Of a stretch of DNA of 55,235 nucleotides, positions 23,794 to 31,394 are shown in pieces; position 1 is the first letter of the stretch, and each line of letters opens with the position of its first letter. The stretch is from positions 1 to 55,235 of the IMG/VR virus record IMGVR_UViG_3300015203_000003, one strand, 5' to 3'. This DNA comes from a virus. The notes under the pieces were generated by a model. It was not told the origin of the DNA. It saw only the letters and a list, made by a program, of their open reading frames with translations, and ran no database searches. The position numbers were made by a program, and so were the translations under genes.

Positions 23794-24294
23794 CTAAAAG
23801 CGCTGGAAATGCTTCTGGAAAATCAGAAGTTTGTTCCACTTCGTAACTCCGCATAAGGTCCAACCCGCCATTTTGAAACAGTATCCCGGATTGCGAGACT
23901 GAACCGCTCGCGCCTTGACGTAAGTGTAGAGTCGCTCACCCGGCCAGCGTGCCCAAGCGATTTGCTCGGCCTCCAAAATCAGTGTGCTCGAAAGAATCCG
24001 GCCCTCATTGCGGAACACCGCGCAGTTGACGCCCTCCTGCTTGTCACCGCTGATGAACTTGCGCCAGACGAATAGCGCGTCTGCATTCTCTGTAATCAGG
24101 ACCAGTTTTGCGCCCGGACCGACGAAAAGTTTTGGCTCTCTGCCGTCTGCATAAGGTCGAAAGCTGTAGTGCCGATGAAAGATGGCTCTCGCGGACTCAT
24201 CGCCATCCAAACACTGGAGCCAATGCGTGGACAACGGACGCCTGCCAACCCCAAGAGAAAATAAGTTTCCAGTGCTCAAAAGAAACGGAGCCAT
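23794..24294 (-). CDS. GNAT-fold-like protein (Mom-like layout?), last gene of the leftward operon
   Basis: The motif series FHRHYS, LFVGPG, ALFVW, GVNCAVFRNEG, SSTLILEAE, LYTYV and NPGYCFKMAGWTLCGVTK recalls GNAT-type phage acyltransferase-like proteins. Low certainty. Confidence 0.35.
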   Translation of the reverse strand: MAPFLLSTGNLFSLGVGRRPLSTHWLQCLDGDESARAIFHRHYSFRPYADGREPKLFVGPGAKLVLITENADALFVWRKFISGDKQEGVNCAVFRNEGRILSSTLILEAEQIAWARWPGERLYTYVKARAVQSRNPGYCFKMAGWTLCGVTKWNKLLIFQKHFQRF

Positions 24295-24500
24295 ACCAGC
24301 CCCAGAAGCAGCAGGCCCAGCAACAGGACTGTGACGAACCGGACACCAAGCAGATCCTCAGACCGGCGCAGGAAGTGAGGACGGACCCCACGAATCGGAC
24401 GAAACGGAGGGCAGGTGCACGGATACTCCGCATCACGATTCAGCGCGCACCCGTCGTTGCCGGTGCTGTGCCAGGGCGGGACGTCGACGAGCGGATTCAT
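24276..24500 (-). CDS. Small protein with a C-terminal TM anchor
   Basis: ATG 24500 overlaps the upstream stop (4 nt). Cys-rich N-terminus and hydrophobic tail VTVLLLGLLLLGLVWL. Confidence 0.45.
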   Translation of the reverse strand: MNPLVDVPPWHSTGNDGCALNRDAEYPCTCPPFRPIRGVRPHFLRRSEDLLGVRFVTVLLLGLLLLGLVWLRFF

Positions 24501-24862
24501 TCCACAACCTCCACCATTGCTTCATTTGGAGGCTGAGAATCTTTGATGAAGCGATTGGCCCCCGCAACAATTCCGCAAGCCTCGGCAAAACAATATCGAC
24601 CAGCCTTCTTTTTCGACTGCGTATATCCCGCCTCGTTCGGCATCCACCAAGCGTTGTGCTCGTTCGACCAGATCAGAAACATCGTTCCGGAATGCTGATC
24701 CTCAAGAACGTAATGGGCCTCATACTTGACACCCGCCCGCTGCTTCCGGTCGTAACGAAGTTCGTGAAAACACGAACGGTATTGCCACAATTCACGATCC
24801 GGCCCGGACCTCGCCGGGATCGAAGCGGAGGGACCGCCATCAGTGTTGATTTTAGTGCTCAT
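24497..24862 (-). CDS. Hypothetical phage protein
   Basis: 4-nt overlaps on both sides. The AWWMPNEAGYTQSKKKAGRYCFAEA motif is common in uncharacterised phage proteins. Confidence 0.55.
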   Translation of the reverse strand: MSTKINTDGGPSASIPARSGPDRELWQYRSCFHELRYDRKQRAGVKYEAHYVLEDQHSGTMFLIWSNEHNAWWMPNEAGYTQSKKKAGRYCFAEACGIVAGANRFIKDSQPPNEAMVEVVE

Positions 24863-25242
24863 AAGGATTCCTCGTCTTTAGGTTCGGCGTCCAGGTTCGC
24901 TAAAATACAAGCCATCGCCTCACATAAATCCCATCGTGCGGCCAAGAGTGCGTCAGCTTTAGATTGATAGAATCGCCCGACGCCTTGTGTGCTCGTTTTT
25001 TGCGTGTTGTCTGGTGAATGGCTTATTCCGTTAGAGCATCCTTGCGTCACACGATATGAGCCCCAAGACCCAAGGGAAGCGTGATAATACCAACCGATAA
25101 AAAGCGCACCAAACGGCTTGCATTCAATTTCGGCACTGATGTTAACAGGGTTAGGCTTAGGGACTGATGGGAACTGGAATGCCGAGCGCCTCGCAAGTTG
25201 CGCGCGCAAATCTTCAATCAACGTTTTCTCTTTTTTGGTCAT
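24859..25242 (-). CDS. Hypothetical protein
   Basis: 127 aa with an ATG start. 4-nt overlap downstream. Confidence 0.55.
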   Translation of the reverse strand: MTKKEKTLIEDLRAQLARRSAFQFPSVPKPNPVNISAEIECKPFGALFIGWYYHASLGSWGSYRVTQGCSNGISHSPDNTQKTSTQGVGRFYQSKADALLAARWDLCEAMACILANLDAEPKDEESL

Positions 25243-25248
25243 AACAAT

Positions 25249-25401
25249 TTAGGCTTTCTTGGCCCGAGGCTTATTCTTCCGCCCCTTGGTCCTCGGCCGC
25301 TTCGAGTTGGCCCGAGCGGCAGCAGTCTTGGCCGGCGACGTGCAGGAGCCGAGCAGGTGGCCGACGTTCAGCGGCGTGTGGCAGGCGGGGCAGCGGATCA
25401 T
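25249..25401 (-). CDS. 50-aa Cys/His protein with a strongly basic tail (hand-called)
   Basis: MIRCPACHTPLNVGHLLGSC followed by a Lys/Arg-rich tail. Its ATG overlaps the stop of 25398..25586 (ATGA) and it ends 7 nt before the next start. Confidence 0.35.
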   Translation of the reverse strand: MIRCPACHTPLNVGHLLGSCTSPAKTAAARANSKRPRTKGRKNKPRAKKA

Positions 25402-25586
25402 GGCAGGCGACTCGAGTAAAGGGGGCAAAACGGACCGGGAGAGTTGCGCCGGCGGCGAAATGAATCCGTGTATTGCAAGAGGGCTAGCCGGACATCAGCA
25501 GCCTCGAAATGGTAGCAGTCGTGCCGAAACGGGGTGAGCAGAGCGGCGAGGGACCGCATCCGAAGAAGTGAAGGGTGCGCGCTCAT
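25398..25586 (-). CDS. Hypothetical 62-aa protein
   Basis: A strong Shine-Dalgarno sequence (GAGGAGGTGGAGAA) lies immediately upstream of the ATG on the minus strand. Confidence 0.4.
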   Translation of the reverse strand: MSAHPSLLRMRSLAALLTPFRHDCYHFEAADVRLALLQYTDSFRRRRNSPGPFCPLYSSRLP

Positions 25587-25635
25587 TTCTCCACCTCCTC
25601 AATTTTCCCATCAATATCCACCCAAAGATTGCGTC

Positions 25636-25917
25636 TCACTTGTCACCGCCTTCCGCCAGCGCAATGGCTGCGCGTGCGTCCGAAATGCAGGCGTTAAATT
25701 GTGCCTCGCTGGCATCACTGTCGGCCAGATGGATGATGAGTTTGCACGCCTCCAAAAGATCAGGCGCGGCGGCGATGAGGTGGGCGTCTGACAGTCCTCG
25801 ATTTCGAGAAGCGGAAATCCGGCAAATGGTTTTTCCCAGACTGGTCTTTATGACCCACCCCTTGCCTGAGTGCCAATTTTGCGACACAACCTTCCATCCC
25901 GGCGTATGCGCGCTCAA
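25636..25917 (-). CDS. Hypothetical phage protein (start uncertain)
   Basis: The track start at 25947 is TTG. An alternative TTG at 25917 overlaps the upstream TGA. Contains the common phage motif AHLIAAAPDLLEAC. Confidence 0.5.
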   Translation of the reverse strand: MSAHTPGWKVVSQNWHSGKGWVIKTSLGKTICRISASRNRGLSDAHLIAAAPDLLEACKLIIHLADSDASEAQFNACISDARAAIALAEGGDK

Positions 25918-26210
25918 GGTTGCACCTCCTTCGCAAGAGGAGCCCAATTTTCGGAAGGAGAAATTTCCTCGTCACCCTCCATCCACTCCAACGCTTCACG
26001 CGCGGAATCGAAGGCGTATTGCGTCCACTCATCATCATCAAGTTTCTCGTCCATATCATCAAGATCGAGAGCCCCGCCGAGGACTTGAATTTGCGCTTCG
26101 ATGGCCGCGTGATTGTCTTCACCAAAGGCCGTTTCCTTCCGGACACGCGGTTTCATTTCCCGCAAGGCTTTCATTTCGCTGCTGATTTGGTTGGCTGTAG
26201 GTTTGCTCAT
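25914..26210 (-). CDS. Strongly acidic 98-aa protein, first gene of the leftward operon
   Basis: By my count, about 24 Asp/Glu against 10 Lys/Arg, with the cluster DLDDMDEKLDDDEW. Confidence 0.55.
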   Translation of the reverse strand: MSKPTANQISSEMKALREMKPRVRKETAFGEDNHAAIEAQIQVLGGALDLDDMDEKLDDDEWTQYAFDSAREALEWMEGDEEISPSENWAPLAKEVQP

Positions 26211-26303
26211 GCGATCAATTTAGCAATCCGTTGGCTATTGTCACGAGAAATCGGTCGAAAAGCCGAAAATAGTTGCAAGTTCCTCAGAATCAGGGCCGTC
26301 ACG

Positions 26304-26317
26304 CGAACCATGGTTCG
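26304..26317. promoter_or_regulatory. Perfect 14-bp palindrome CGAACCATGGTTCG (operator candidate)
   Basis: Lies in the 168-nt divergent control region. It shares the GCGAACC/GGTTCG half-site with the repeat that brackets the rightward promoter. Confidence 0.5.
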
Positions 26318-26341
26318 TTTTGTGCGGGCGGGAGGGAGTTA

Positions 26342-26369
26342 TTGACAGCGAACCGAACCCGAGTAATAT
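26342..26369 (+). promoter_or_regulatory. Rightward sigma70-type promoter TTGACA-N16-TAATAT
   Basis: Near-consensus hexamers. The -10 ends 9 nt before ATG 26379, which implies a leaderless mRNA. Confidence 0.6.
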
Positions 26370-26376
26370 GGTTCGC
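26348..26376. promoter_or_regulatory. Inverted repeat GCGAACC-N15-GGTTCGC spanning the spacer and -10 of the rightward promoter
   Basis: Same half-site as the 26304..26317 palindrome. The position would occlude RNA polymerase. Confidence 0.45.
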
Positions 26377-26378
26377 AA

Positions 26379-26903
26379 ATGGGATTGTCAAATGAACAAA
26401 TTCAGGCCAGCGCATTACACGCCCAGCGAGTCCAGCGGATCGTATGGTACAGGGACGAGTTTCGAAAACGAACGATGGCGCTCGTCCAGCTTCTGCGAGA
26501 ACTGCGGGACGACAAGCTCAAGCCGTGGATTGACGAGTGCGGGACATTCGAAGAGTTTTGTGAAAAGGAATTCGGCATGACACCCAGGCGCGTACAACAA
26601 ATCCTAAGCGCCGATTCAGCACGAAAAGCACTGTGCGACGAAGCGCCGGAACTCACTGGAACGGTCGCAACGATGGGCGAGCGACCGATGCGCGAACTGG
26701 CCGCAACGCCCAAAGCCCAGCGAATCCAAGTGCTGAGACAGGCGCTAAAGACGGCAGCGAAACCAACGGCCAAGGGCATCAAAGCCGCGAGGGCCATCGT
26801 CATCGATGTGAAACCAGCACCACCTGCCGCACCTGCACCCTCGCACGAAACCAGCACCGAACCCGAACCCCGCTGCCCGGCCTGCGGCCAGGCGCTGCCA
26901 TGA
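26379..26903 (+). CDS. DNA-binding (HTH) protein, first gene of the rightward operon
   Basis: WIDECGTFEEFCEKEFGMTPRRVQQILSA resembles ParB/KorB-type HTH segments. C-terminal CPACG. Confidence 0.5.
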   Translation: MGLSNEQIQASALHAQRVQRIVWYRDEFRKRTMALVQLLRELRDDKLKPWIDECGTFEEFCEKEFGMTPRRVQQILSADSARKALCDEAPELTGTVATMGERPMRELAATPKAQRIQVLRQALKTAAKPTAKGIKAARAIVIDVKPAPPAAPAPSHETSTEPEPRCPACGQALP

Positions 26904-26976
26904 GCCAACTCGACGAGCACGGAAAACGGGACCTCTCGCAAAACGGATCCGCCCATCTCCATAGACTTTTCTAAGC

Positions 26977-27129
26977 ATGAAGACTTTACTCGAATGGCTA
27001 AAATCTATTGCGTTGGTCTTGCTGGTTTTGGCCGTTGTTATTTTCTGCAAGTGGGGGCAGTTCCGCATCTGGCGCATCGCTCATCCTCAAGCGCCTGCAT
27101 GGACTTACTTCTTGACAAATGAACACTAG
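26977..27129 (+). CDS. 50-aa single-TM peptide (hand-called)
   Basis: MKTLLEWLKSIALVLLVLAVVIFCKWG... It overlaps the next start by 11 nt. Confidence 0.3.
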   Translation: MKTLLEWLKSIALVLLVLAVVIFCKWGQFRIWRIAHPQAPAWTYFLTNEH

Positions 27130-27445
27130 CATTGACCCAGCCTCTTCCGTAACGGTAAACCTTCTCCGCTTCCAGCAACTTGCTCGGGAGGGCGCACCGC
27201 TCCAACAGCGGATCGCAGAAATCAGCTTGGAGCAGGTGCAACTCTCCCACCGAGAGGCAATCGAAATCGTGAAGGCCGCATTCCCGAACGCGAAGATTTT
27301 GGAAGTCGTTCCACTGGCCGAAATCAAGCCCTCAGACTTCGCCAAAGCAGCTCAAACAACAGTCGAAAAGATCTATGAAACCGGAGCCACCCCGGGACTG
27401 ATCCTCATCGACAACCGCAGATTTTTAATCACCCTTGCCCAATGA
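27119..27445 (+). CDS. Hypothetical protein
   Basis: 108-aa ORF. ATGA overlap downstream. Confidence 0.55.
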   Translation: MNTSIDPASSVTVNLLRFQQLAREGAPLQQRIAEISLEQVQLSHREAIEIVKAAFPNAKILEVVPLAEIKPSDFAKAAQTTVEKIYETGATPGLILIDNRRFLITLAQ

Positions 27446-27921
27446 GAAAGCGGCGTCGCAGAAAACCCGGTCCGAAGCCCAAGCCCCCAAAACCAAAGGT
27501 TTCCCAGAAGCGGTACAAAACCCCCAAGGCGCTGGAGGTCCAAGAGGCGGCTGTTGTCCGCGACTGCATCGTGGCCATGATTGTCGGCATGGGCATCGGC
27601 GGCCTCACATGGATGGCCAACAAACTCGGCATGAGCGTTTCGACCCTTCGCCGGCGACTCCTTAAGGACCACGGGTGCTTCGACCTCGTGACGATGCGGG
27701 CCATGCTCCTCATCATGGAAAACCGGGAAGAGAAGCTCAATTATTTGCAGCAGTTTGGCAAAACGGAAAACGTCGGCCCCTACACCATCCGCGTCCGATA
27801 TTCGACGATGTACGGAGAGCACGTCCCAACATGGGAGGTGACACCAGGGGCAGAAACCGAGCCGGGAACAGCCGAACCCAAAGCCGCCGCCACAGTCTTC
27901 GGCAACTTCGAGAACACGTAA
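27442..27921 (+). CDS. Basic N-terminal tail plus HTH protein (regulator candidate)
   Basis: MRKRRRRKPGPKPKPPKPK tail, followed by TWMANKLGMSVSTLRRRL. Confidence 0.45.
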   Translation: MRKRRRRKPGPKPKPPKPKVSQKRYKTPKALEVQEAAVVRDCIVAMIVGMGIGGLTWMANKLGMSVSTLRRRLLKDHGCFDLVTMRAMLLIMENREEKLNYLQQFGKTENVGPYTIRVRYSTMYGEHVPTWEVTPGAETEPGTAEPKAAATVFGNFENT

Positions 27922-27926
27922 CCAAA

Positions 27927-28223
27927 ATGAGCAAATGGATCGAAATCATGCGCGGAGGAGCAATGCCGGAAAGATGGATGCCCGTGCTGGCTTTCGCCCC
28001 AGAGTGGGGATGTAAGGCAAATGAAGAAATCGGAGGATATCTGCCACCTCGGCAATTCGTAGCGCATCGCGGGGCCGGGGATGGACTTTTTGACAACTGG
28101 TACACATGCGATAATCACATCAAGCGCGTTACCCACTGGCAACCGCTGCCCGGAAACCCCGTAGCTCCGGCACCTCGGCATTTGCCCCGCGTGACAAGAA
28201 TCTTGCCAAAGATAAATAGTTGA
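27927..28223 (+). CDS. DUF551-like protein
   Basis: Internal ATG at 27927. The layout W...MPVLAF...THWQPLP resembles 15779..16021. Confidence 0.4.
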   Translation: MSKWIEIMRGGAMPERWMPVLAFAPEWGCKANEEIGGYLPPRQFVAHRGAGDGLFDNWYTCDNHIKRVTHWQPLPGNPVAPAPRHLPRVTRILPKINS

Positions 28224-28240
28224 GCCACTATTTTACCCTG

Positions 28241-28744
28241 ATGTCAGCCAAAACCGCACTTCGGCCACGAAAGGACCCAGGTCGCAAAATGAAGTGTGTG
28301 GACTGGCGTCCGGCGTACATCAAAGGGCTCTCAGAAACAGGAAAGCACACGACCGCGGCAGAGTTTGCAGGCATCGACCGGCTGGCCGCGTTTCATCAGC
28401 GCCGAAGCGACCCGGAATTCGCCGCTGCTTGCGAGCAGGCCATTCAGGCTGCCTCCGAATCCTTGGAGGCCGAGGCGATCCGAAGAGCCAAAGAGGGGGT
28501 GCAGCGGCTCAAGTTCAATTCGAAGACGGGCGAGGCTTACAGGGACCCCAGGACTGGCGAATACTATGTCGAGCACGAGTACAGCGACACCCTCATGACG
28601 TTGCTCCTTCGCGGGCTGCGCCCCGACCGATACCGGGACCGATCCAGCGTCGAAATGGAGCACAGCGGCGGGGTGCAGGTGGAAGAAGCTATCTACGTGA
28701 ACCTGCCGCCGATCATTATGGCACCCCCGGCCTTGCTCGCGTGA
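28241..28744 (+). CDS. terS: Terminase small subunit
   Basis: ATG 28241 (the track start at 28220 is TTG). ESLEAEAIRRAKEG...EYSDTLMTLLLRGLRPDRYRDR is a recurrent small-terminase motif. Lies upstream of terL. Confidence 0.6.
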   Translation: MSAKTALRPRKDPGRKMKCVDWRPAYIKGLSETGKHTTAAEFAGIDRLAAFHQRRSDPEFAAACEQAIQAASESLEAEAIRRAKEGVQRLKFNSKTGEAYRDPRTGEYYVEHEYSDTLMTLLLRGLRPDRYRDRSSVEMEHSGGVQVEEAIYVNLPPIIMAPPALLA

Positions 28745-28770
28745 AGAAACAACCCAAGGCTCCTCGCCCC

Positions 28771-28920
28771 ATGACCCAGGACGAGGAGCGGAAGGCGATT
28801 AATGCGGCCTTGAACCGGAGGAAGCAGAAGGATGGCGAGAGGATTTTGACTGGCAACCAGATTATGCGGATTTACAACAGCCAAGCGTTTCGGCGCACAG
28901 CTTCCAGATACCATGAATAA
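28771..28920 (+). CDS. Small basic hypothetical protein
   Basis: First ATG of the continuation of an alternate-frame ORF after terS. 49 aa. Confidence 0.3.
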   Translation: MTQDEERKAINAALNRRKQKDGERILTGNQIMRIYNSQAFRRTASRYHE

Positions 28921-29067
28921 CTCCAAAAAAATGAAAAAAAGAGGGGCGTCACTGCGCATCGTTCGTGCCATCCGGAGGCCACGGTTATCATCTATTTTTC
29001 GGAACGTCCCTGACATTTTCTTCGACAAACATTTTTCATTCTGGAGAGAAAAGGCTTCATCTACCCC

Positions 29068-29394
29068 ATGAACCTCGACCTCGTAAAATTCCGCATCATC
29101 AGCAAACGCTACTCCCAGGTCCGCGCTATCATGGCCGAGCTTGGCGAGAGCGACACGTTACTCTTGCGCTCGCTTCGCGACGGCTTCGGCATCCGGTTCG
29201 ACAGCGTGAAGGAGGACCCGGAGCTTTTCTTCGTGCAGGACTCGGAGCAAATGGGGCTGCTGCGCGAAAGCGGCATCGGCTCGCCGACATGGCTGCAAAT
29301 CCTCGGGACCTCCCGAATGGTCGCGCTGTCTCAACTGGATGCAGATCGCAAATTCCGGGAACTGATCGGGGACATTGAACCGGGGACGAACTAA
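29068..29394 (+). CDS. Hypothetical protein
   Basis: 108 aa with a GGAGAGAAAAGG Shine-Dalgarno sequence. TAATG overlap with terL. Confidence 0.55.
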   Translation: MNLDLVKFRIISKRYSQVRAIMAELGESDTLLLRSLRDGFGIRFDSVKEDPELFFVQDSEQMGLLRESGIGSPTWLQILGTSRMVALSQLDADRKFRELIGDIEPGTN

Positions 29395-31007
29395 TGCCGC
29401 TAGTGGCCGCTGTACCGGAGGCGGCTGCCGTCGAATCCGAACCTGAATGCTTCTACCGGCCGGGGCCGAGCATCCAGAAGTTTCATGATTCCAGAGCATT
29501 TGTTAGAATTATCATAGGAGGCCGTGGGAGCGGGAAAACGGCAGCCTGCTCAATCGAATCCATCCGCCACGGCTGGCACTGCGCGGGTGCCAAGATACTT
29601 TTTGTCCGCAAGACCGAGGCCAGCCAAGTAGATTCGACGATAGATACGCTGCGCCAGTGTTTCGATAACTTGGACCCCGAACTCTACCGGGAAACCGAGG
29701 ACAGCCTATTCCGGGTGTGGAACGATGGCCGGACCATTCGTATCCCCAGCGCCGAGGCGGTGCGCCGGTATCACGTTGTAAAGCCGCTGCTCAAGAAAAA
29801 ATCCCAGCGCCAGGCATGGCTCGACACTGAGGGCACCCGGTGGTGCAGCTTCATCGAGATGCGCGGACTGCCGAATACCGGGGTGAGCCAGTCGAAACTC
29901 CGCGGCTTCGAATGCTCCATGATGGTCTTGATCGAGGCCGACCAGATTGCCCACGAAGATTTCATGCTCTGCCTTGCCTGCTTACGATGGAAGGGCGCGG
30001 ATCCAAAAACCTGCGATGCCAACGGCTTTATCCGGGCGGCCAACGTGGTATTAGACACGAACCCGCCGTCACCGTCTCACTGGATCGCCCAACTGGAGGA
30101 GAACGAGAAAAAGAAGCCGGAGAATGAGCGCCAGATGGCCTTTTGGCACATCAGCACGTACGAGAACGAGCAGAACCTGCCACCGAACTACATCGAGCGC
30201 CAAATCTTGCTGCCGTACGCGAAAAACCCAGCGATGATCGAACGGATGCTCTGGGGCAGGTACGCCGATGCGTTTTCGGGACAGCCGGTCTATTACGCAT
30301 TCGAGCGCGGCATCCACGTTGCGAAGAACCTGCGCTGGCCCATCGGGGCCTTCCTGGTTCGAGGCTACGACTTCGGGACGTGTAACGCTGTGACCTGGAG
30401 CGCCTACTGGATGGATAAGGGCTGTGAATACTGGCACATCCTGTTCGAGAATGTTTTGGAAGGGAGTGACACCGAGCGGCAGGCGCAAGCGACCCTCGAC
30501 CTCACATCGAAAAACTTCCCATTCTGGAATGACCGCTCCATTTGCGCCGGCGTGCTCGACTTCTGCGACCCGAGTGGCGGAAACAGCAACTTTAGCACGA
30601 AGGAAACCGGGAGCAGCGTCAAGATATTGAACACCTACGGCATCCACCCCGGGACGAACCTCTGGCAGCGCTCCATTGCCATCGGCGTTGCGATTATTAA
30701 CCGGCTATTGACCAAGCGCGATCCGCTCGGAAATCCCTGCTTTCGCATCGATGAGGATAATTGCCCACTACTCGTTCGGGCATTCTCAGGCGGCTATAAG
30801 TACCCATCCAAGGGCGATGACGGATACGGAAAGGATGAGCCCATGAAAGGGATTTCCAAAGGCCAAGATTACGACTATAGCCACGTTTCGGACAGTTGCC
30901 GGTATCCAATTTTGAACGCCATGCGCCTCCTGCGCCAAGAGTACGAGGCGCCGAAGAAGGCACTGTTACCACGGGTGCAGAACCCGAACCCGGCCAAGCG
31001 GTTTTAA
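29394..31007 (+). CDS. terL: Terminase large subunit
   Basis: Walker A GGRGSGKT, Walker B-like MVLIEADQ. The 537-aa size and the position before the head genes fit. Confidence 0.85.
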   Translation: MPLVAAVPEAAAVESEPECFYRPGPSIQKFHDSRAFVRIIIGGRGSGKTAACSIESIRHGWHCAGAKILFVRKTEASQVDSTIDTLRQCFDNLDPELYRETEDSLFRVWNDGRTIRIPSAEAVRRYHVVKPLLKKKSQRQAWLDTEGTRWCSFIEMRGLPNTGVSQSKLRGFECSMMVLIEADQIAHEDFMLCLACLRWKGADPKTCDANGFIRAANVVLDTNPPSPSHWIAQLEENEKKKPENERQMAFWHISTYENEQNLPPNYIERQILLPYAKNPAMIERMLWGRYADAFSGQPVYYAFERGIHVAKNLRWPIGAFLVRGYDFGTCNAVTWSAYWMDKGCEYWHILFENVLEGSDTERQAQATLDLTSKNFPFWNDRSICAGVLDFCDPSGGNSNFSTKETGSSVKILNTYGIHPGTNLWQRSIAIGVAIINRLLTKRDPLGNPCFRIDEDNCPLLVRAFSGGYKYPSKGDDGYGKDEPMKGISKGQDYDYSHVSDSCRYPILNAMRLLRQEYEAPKKALLPRVQNPNPAKRF

Positions 31008-31009
31008 AT

Positions 31010-31360
31010 ATGAACGACAAACCAATGACCCTAGCGAAATTCAAAACCATTCTTGGGCAAGTATTTAAAACGCCGCCCCAAATCCCATTCCTTGCTCGAA
31101 TCTACAATGACGGAGCGAGAACGAGCGTGACGCTTTACGGACCTGACGGGGAGCAAATCGGGGACGTGGGCGCCAAAGACTTCCGAGACATGATGCAGGT
31201 CATTTGCGACAGAGAGGACTCAGCTTCTGAAAAACCAAATAGCTTTCAATACGGCAAGTGCCACGGATGCGGCTTCATTAACGATCTTAAATTCGTCATG
31301 AATCACGCAGGCCGGTGTCAGAGCTGCGGATCGCCGAGCTTATTCAATGCGGAGGAATGA
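31010..31360 (+). CDS. Hypothetical protein with a C-terminal zinc ribbon
   Basis: Internal ATG at 31010. Contains CHGCG...CQSCG. Confidence 0.5.
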   Translation: MNDKPMTLAKFKTILGQVFKTPPQIPFLARIYNDGARTSVTLYGPDGEQIGDVGAKDFRDMMQVICDREDSASEKPNSFQYGKCHGCGFINDLKFVMNHAGRCQSCGSPSLFNAEE

Positions 31361-31394
31361 AAATTATGTTTGCATTTCTGAAAGGTGAGACGTA

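Noticed and set aside
26235-26240. CAATAG (as CTATTG on the plus strand) upstream of the leftward operon as another member of the late-promoter family
   Set aside because: There is no TTG-type hexamer at 16-18 nt. The hexamer-to-ATG distance is 24 nt, with no conserved GCGCGA extension.
26633-26974. 113-aa alternate-frame plus-strand ORF overlapping the 3' half of 26379..26903
   Set aside because: Most of it is out of frame within a better ORF. Only its last 24 codons, from ATG 26900, lie outside, and that is too short to call.
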